Source of the DNA: the human T2T-CHM13v2.0 reference genome, Homo sapiens
Assembly: GCF_009914755.1 (NCBI RefSeq)
Contig: NC_060935.1
Length of the DNA: 64,000 nucleotides
Direction: 5' to 3' (one strand)
Shown here one piece after another: positions 57,786 through 64,000 of the stretch (position 1 is the stretch's first letter; each line of letters opens with the position of its first letter). The notes beneath the pieces were generated by a model. That model was not told where the DNA came from, did not search any database, and saw nothing but the letters and a program-made list of their open reading frames with translations. A program made the translations under genes and the position numbers.

Positions 57786-59879
57786 TGATTGGTGAACTCT
57801 GAGCTGTGCTGCTCTGTCCTCTCTGGTCTGTGAAGTCTGAGCTGTTTGGTAGGCGGGGCCGAGGGAGCAGGCGCCCTCAGAAAATGCGAGACAGGGTCGG
57901 GTTGCGGGGAGGGCGTCCAGTGGTGGGAGGGGCCCAGCAGAGCTGAGGTTTCTGTGGGAAAACCTTTACTGAGCCAGGGACAGTGGCTGGGGGGTCAGAT
58001 AAGGCAGCCCCAGCCCAGAGGGGATCCTCCTGCCTGCTGGGAGTGGGCAACGGTGCCCTGGCTGCACAGATCAACCCAGGCCCGTTGGATCACTAGCCCT
58101 GGCCGCACACAGCAACCCCGCGTCCCAGGCAACCCTGCGTCCCAGGCCCGTCGGGTCTCTGGCCCAGGGCACAGTAGTGGCAGTCACTCACATGGGACGG
58201 GACCGCCCATGGCCTCCCACCGTGCACGCCCTTTCTGACTGCTGTAGGCCTGAGGGGTGGATGGGCGGGGCTCACTGCAGGCGCTGCCCCCGGCACCCCA
58301 GGCCCTGGCCTCCTTCTTCCCATGTTAGGAGCCTGCGTTCAGAACCCGCATTCCTGGGGAGGATGGGGCTGGGCAGGGACTGGGGTGGGTCTCTCCCCAT
58401 CTCATGGCACCAGCTCAGACCTAAGCCAGGATCTCTGACTGGAGCCAGCCAGATGTCCAGCTGCCATGAGCTCCCCTGGGGGCTTCTGCCTCCCAGACGG
58501 CCCCTGGGGACGGCCCCTCGGGACACCCCCTCAGGTGTGGTGTGCCCTGACCCCACTGTCCACTGGGGTCAGCCCAGGAGACCCTCCCTCTGGCCCACCC
58601 CTCCCACCCCTGCAGCCCCTTGCAGGGGCCACGGGGAGACTCACAGAGGCAGTGCCCCAGGACCATGGTAGGAGACTCATCCTTCTTGGAGGCCAGAGGC
58701 TTCTGCAGGGCCTGAGCTGTCTCTGTCCAGCCCCGAGGGCCCTGGCAGTGGTATCTCTGCAGGTGGAGGGGCCCTGTGCCCAGGCTGTGCCCTGACCTTC
58801 TGCCCTGGGAGCCCTACAGCCCACATGGGCCCTGGCATCCAGCTCCCCAGTAGAACTTCCCCAAGCCAGGAAGGAAGTGGTCATGGGCGTCTGGGGTCTG
58901 TGTGCCTGGAGCTGGGCCATGTGGCCTGGGCTCCCTGCACTGCCCACCACCCACTGACCCTGACAACACAGGTCCATGGCGGGGCCTGGGCAGAACGGGG
59001 GAACCAAAAGGAGGGGCCTGAGCTGAGCCTGGGGTGGTGGGGCCTGGCACCCCCACTCCATCAGCCCCTCCTGCCATCTCTGGGGGCATCAGTGGCCCCA
59101 GAGCCAAGGAGCAGCCCCAGGGGCTGGAGCTCAGGTGAGGTCGGGTGGGTAAGGGGCTGCTGCTGCACAGTGGTGGGCAGCCACAGCGCCCAGCTCCGCC
59201 TTCCGCCCCGAGGAAAATGGGCTGCCTCCCACACTGGACACACAGCGCCAGCCACTTCCTCACACGGTTTACTGTAGCCAGACTTGGAAATAGTCATGTG
59301 ATCCCCAGGGATATATAACTGCGTTTTCTCCATCTGTGCTTAGTTTAAAAACAATTGTTCATTAATTTAAAAGGAAGAGTTTACCTTCAAACATAAAGAT
59401 ATTCAAATTAAAGATACTCAAATTTTTCTGTATGAACTAGGATTTGTGCTGGTCAAAAATACCACACCCCAAAGTTGCCATTGTCCCGTTGTTTAAAATT
59501 CTATGTGCAAATAGAATCTCCAGAGGCCGGGCAGGAGGAGGACGGCCTGGGAGTGTCCAGGCTGCTTCTCCGCCTGGAAAGCTGTCTCCATGCCCCTGTG
59601 GCAGTTTGAGGCTGGGGATGCCACTGCCCCACAGTGTGCTCCGGGGATCTCAGGGCGCTAGGAACTTCCCTCTGTAGAGAGTTGGCATCACTGGGATCCC
59701 AGGATGAACTTATGTGTGGAATGCGGTGTTCATTAGAAGCTAAGGAGCCTCAGAGTATGCTAAGGTGCAGCTTCAAAGGCAGCAATTGTTTGGAACTTAG
59801 GCCAAGGAAGATTTGTGTTTTGGAAATGGCATGTATTTTATCACTGACATTGTTTAGTGTAGGGTGATAAAAAGTAGAC

Positions 59880-60679
<800 letters not shown>

Positions 60680-62147
60680 CTGTCTTTACCTTTTTAAAAA
60701 AATTAGTTCATTTATTTTTCTGAGACAGGGTCTCACTCTGTTGTCCAGCTGGAGTGCAGCGATTTGATTCTGGCTCACTGCAGCCTTGGCCTCCCAACAT
60801 GCTAAGATTACAGGCTTGAGCCACTGCACCTGGCTTGTGTTTAACTTTGAGGAGCTGCCAGACTTTCTCATTGGACCCAGTTTTAGTCAGCCTCATTTGG
60901 GTTTTTTAAGGCCCCACAGAAAAGGCAGCCCTGGTCCCTGCTGGATAGCTGGCACCCCTGCCTGCCCGGGGCCTGCTCTGCCCCCTTGGGTCCCTCACTT
61001 TCCTTCATAGAATTCACTGGCTTGGAGGAACCCATTACCTGCTCACTGCCCACACGGTGGTCCCAGCAGAGGACTTGGAGCGGCTGCCCCTTCTGTTGCA
61101 CGGGCTCCACCACGGCCTCCTCGGCCACTGTCCCCTGGGAGGGCAGCTGTGGTAAAGGCCGGAGCTCCCAGCTTTGGGCAGGTGAGTGCCCCTGGCAGTT
61201 CTTTTCTGTGATGTAGGTTTTTCAGACTGGGAAAAGTTGAGAGTTTCAAAGTCCATTGCCAGTGGGAACTGGAACCAGGCAAGCTGAACCAAGTTCATTA
61301 GTGCTCTTGGCAACCTCAGGGCTCACCTGGTGCATGGGGACCTTTGCAATGGCCAGGGCCTGGGGCCACCCGAGCTAGGGCAAGGGGAGGGGGAGGGATG
61401 TGTTTATAAAATTTCTGTTTTAATTTCAAGTACAGTAATGTTGGTGGATAGAAACACACAAACCACAGCACTTTGATTTTGTCAGTAACTCTTAAGAGTA
61501 CGGAGGGTCCTGAGGCTGGGGGGTCTCGTGGGCACAGAGTATGATGCCTGTGAGGACGTCCTTCCAGCCACACAGCCCGTGGACTGCAGCATTGAGTGTT
61601 CTATTTCCTGGGTGTCACGTCCGCAAAATCCGCTGTTTTGCAGGGTCAGTCTTCGAGAAATGCTCTTGTAAGAACAGGTTTTTAGGCTCATGTGCCCCCT
61701 TCCCAGTGCCCGTCACCTCTCCCTGAGGCTGTGGCCTGGGCTCACCTCCCTCGGACCGAAGGGCTTCCCACACGTCTGTGTCCAACACGTTCCCCCGGCT
61801 TTCATTTAACTACCGGCGGCTGTATTTAGCCTCAGTTTTGGAGGATACTTTTGCTGAATGTAGAATTCTGGGTTTCCTTTGAGTGCTTAGCAGGTGCTAC
61901 ACCATGGTCCTCTGCTGGTGAGAGGCAGCCACCACTGAGGCCCTGGGTATGATGTGTGTCTCTGGCTGCTTTTGAGGTTTTCTTTTTATCCTTCGGTTTT
62001 GTGTGTTTCGCAGTGACCCACCTTGGTGTGTTCCTCCAGGTGTCTGTCCTGCTTGAGGTTCAGTGAGCCCCGTGGATCCACGGGCTGATGTATTTAGTAC
62101 ATTTGGGGAAATTCTTCATTGTTCTCTCTTAAAATGTGGCCTCTTCA

Positions 62148-62503
<356 letters not shown>

Positions 62504-62743
62504 TTAGACTATGAGGGGGCTCCATAGGCACCTGACATGCTGTGAGGTCTCCACCTCCCTTTTTTGCTTTGGTGCTTGTCAGGATAGTTTCTGCTGGCTG
62601 GTCATTGAGGTCACTGTTCTTCTATTGTACCCACGCTGCTGTTCAGCCAATCCACTGAATTAATTTCGTTCATCTTTTTCTCCAATGAAATATATATATG
62701 TGTGATATTATCTTATCCTTTTCTGAAAATTCTAGCATTTAGA

Positions 62744-63970
62744 TCACCTGTGTCCTGCTTCTGTTGGCTGTTTCTTCTCTTGAGAGTGGGTCACACTGTG
62801 TCCTGCTTCTGTGGGCTGTTTCTTCTCTTGAGAGTGGGTCACACTGTGTCCTGCTTCTGTTGGCTGTTTCTTCTCTTGAGAGTGGGTCACCTGTGTCCTG
62901 CTTCTGTTGGCTGTTTCTTCTCTTGAGAGTGGGTCACACTGTGTCCTGCTTCTGTTGGCTGTTTCTTCTCTTGAGAGTGGGTCACACTGTGTCCTGCTTC
63001 TGTTGGCTGTTTCTTCTCTTGAGAGTGGGTCACACTGTGTCCTGCTTCTGTTGGCTGTTTCTTCTCTTGAGAGTGGGTCACACTGTGTCCTGCTTCTGTT
63101 GGCTGTTTCTTCTCTTGAGAGTGGGTCACCTGTGTCCTGCTTCTGTGGGCTGTTTCTTCTCTTGAGAGTGGGTCACCTGTGTCCTGCTTCTGTGGGCTGT
63201 TTCTTCTCTTGAGAGTGGGTCACACTGTGTCCTGCTTCTGTTGGCAGTTTCTTCTCTTGAGAGTGGTTCTCCTGTGTCCTGCTTCTGTTGGCTGTTTCTT
63301 CTCTTGAGAGTGGGTCACCTGTGTCCTGCTTCTGTTGGCAGTTTCTTCTCTTGAGAGTGGTTCTCCTGTGTCCTGCTTCTGTTGGCTGTTTCTTCTCTTG
63401 AGAGTGGGTCACACTGTGTCCTGCTTCTGTTGGCTGTTTCTTCTCTTGAGAGTGGGTCACACTGTGTCCTGCTTCTGTTGGCTGTTTCTTCTCTTGTGAG
63501 TGGGTCACCTGTGTCCTGCTTCTGTGGGCTGTTTCTTCTCTTGAGAGTGGGTCACACTGTGTCCTGCTTCTGTGGGCTGTTTCTTCTCTTGAGAGTGGGT
63601 CACCTGTGTCCTGCTTCTCTGTTGGCTGTTTCTTCTCTTGAGAGTGGGTCACCTGTGTCCTGCTTCTGTTGTCTGTTTCTTCTCTTGAGAGTGGGTCACC
63701 TGTATCCTGCTTCTGTTGGCTGTTTCTTCTCTTGAGAGTGGGTCACACTGTGTCCTGCTTCTGTTGGCTGTTTCTTCTCTTGAGAGTGGGTCACACTGTG
63801 TCCTGCTTCTGTTGGCTGTTTCTTCTCTTGAGAGTGGGTCACCTGTGTCCTGCTTCTGTTGGCTGTTTCTTCTCTTGAGAGTGGGTCACCTGTGTCCTGC
63901 TTCTGTTGGCTGTTTCTTCTCTTGAGAGTGGGTCACACTGTGTCCTGCTTCTGTTGGCTGTTTCTTCTCT
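62744..63970. repeat. 47/48-bp minisatellite, ~25 copies
   Basis: Unit ca(c)ctgtgtcctgcttctgttggctgtttcttctcttgagagtgggtca. Confidence 0.97.
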
Positions 63971-64000
63971 TTGGAGGGGGTCCCATTTCCCCACCTCTTT

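Noticed and set aside
62702-63925. Hydrophobic repeat ORFs resembling membrane proteins
   Set aside because: Translations of the 47/48-bp VNTR with frequent frameshifts.

Overview
Primate (almost certainly human) GC-rich genomic DNA containing the 5' end of BRSK2 (brain-specific Ser/Thr kinase 2, SAD-A) on the + strand. Positions 1-32.7 kb are repeat-dense upstream DNA: about 22 Alus, decayed L1s, MaLR/ERV LTRs and a MER9 solo LTR. A CpG island at ~34.1-36.4 kb holds the promoter, a (CTCGG)n array, a G-quadruplex motif, (CGG)9 and coding exon 1 (35552-35642; [31 protein letters not shown]). The rest is intron 1: Alu-poor, rich in minisatellites, with a probable alternative first coding exon (56761-56989). 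Exon 2 was not found in the window. Almost all long ORFs in the track are artefacts of GC content, Alus or tandem repeats. I found no convincing novel multi-gene system. The best leads are regulatory: an FMR1/NOTCH2NLC-like CGG/poly-Gly uORF arrangement, a non-Alu 49-nt long-range inverted repeat biased to G-U pairing in the sense RNA, a candidate cryptic poison exon next to a UG tract, a P-loop-less alternative first exon bracketed by CpG-rich VNTRs, and several unusual retrotransposition scars. Repeat subfamily calls were made by eye and boundaries are approximate.
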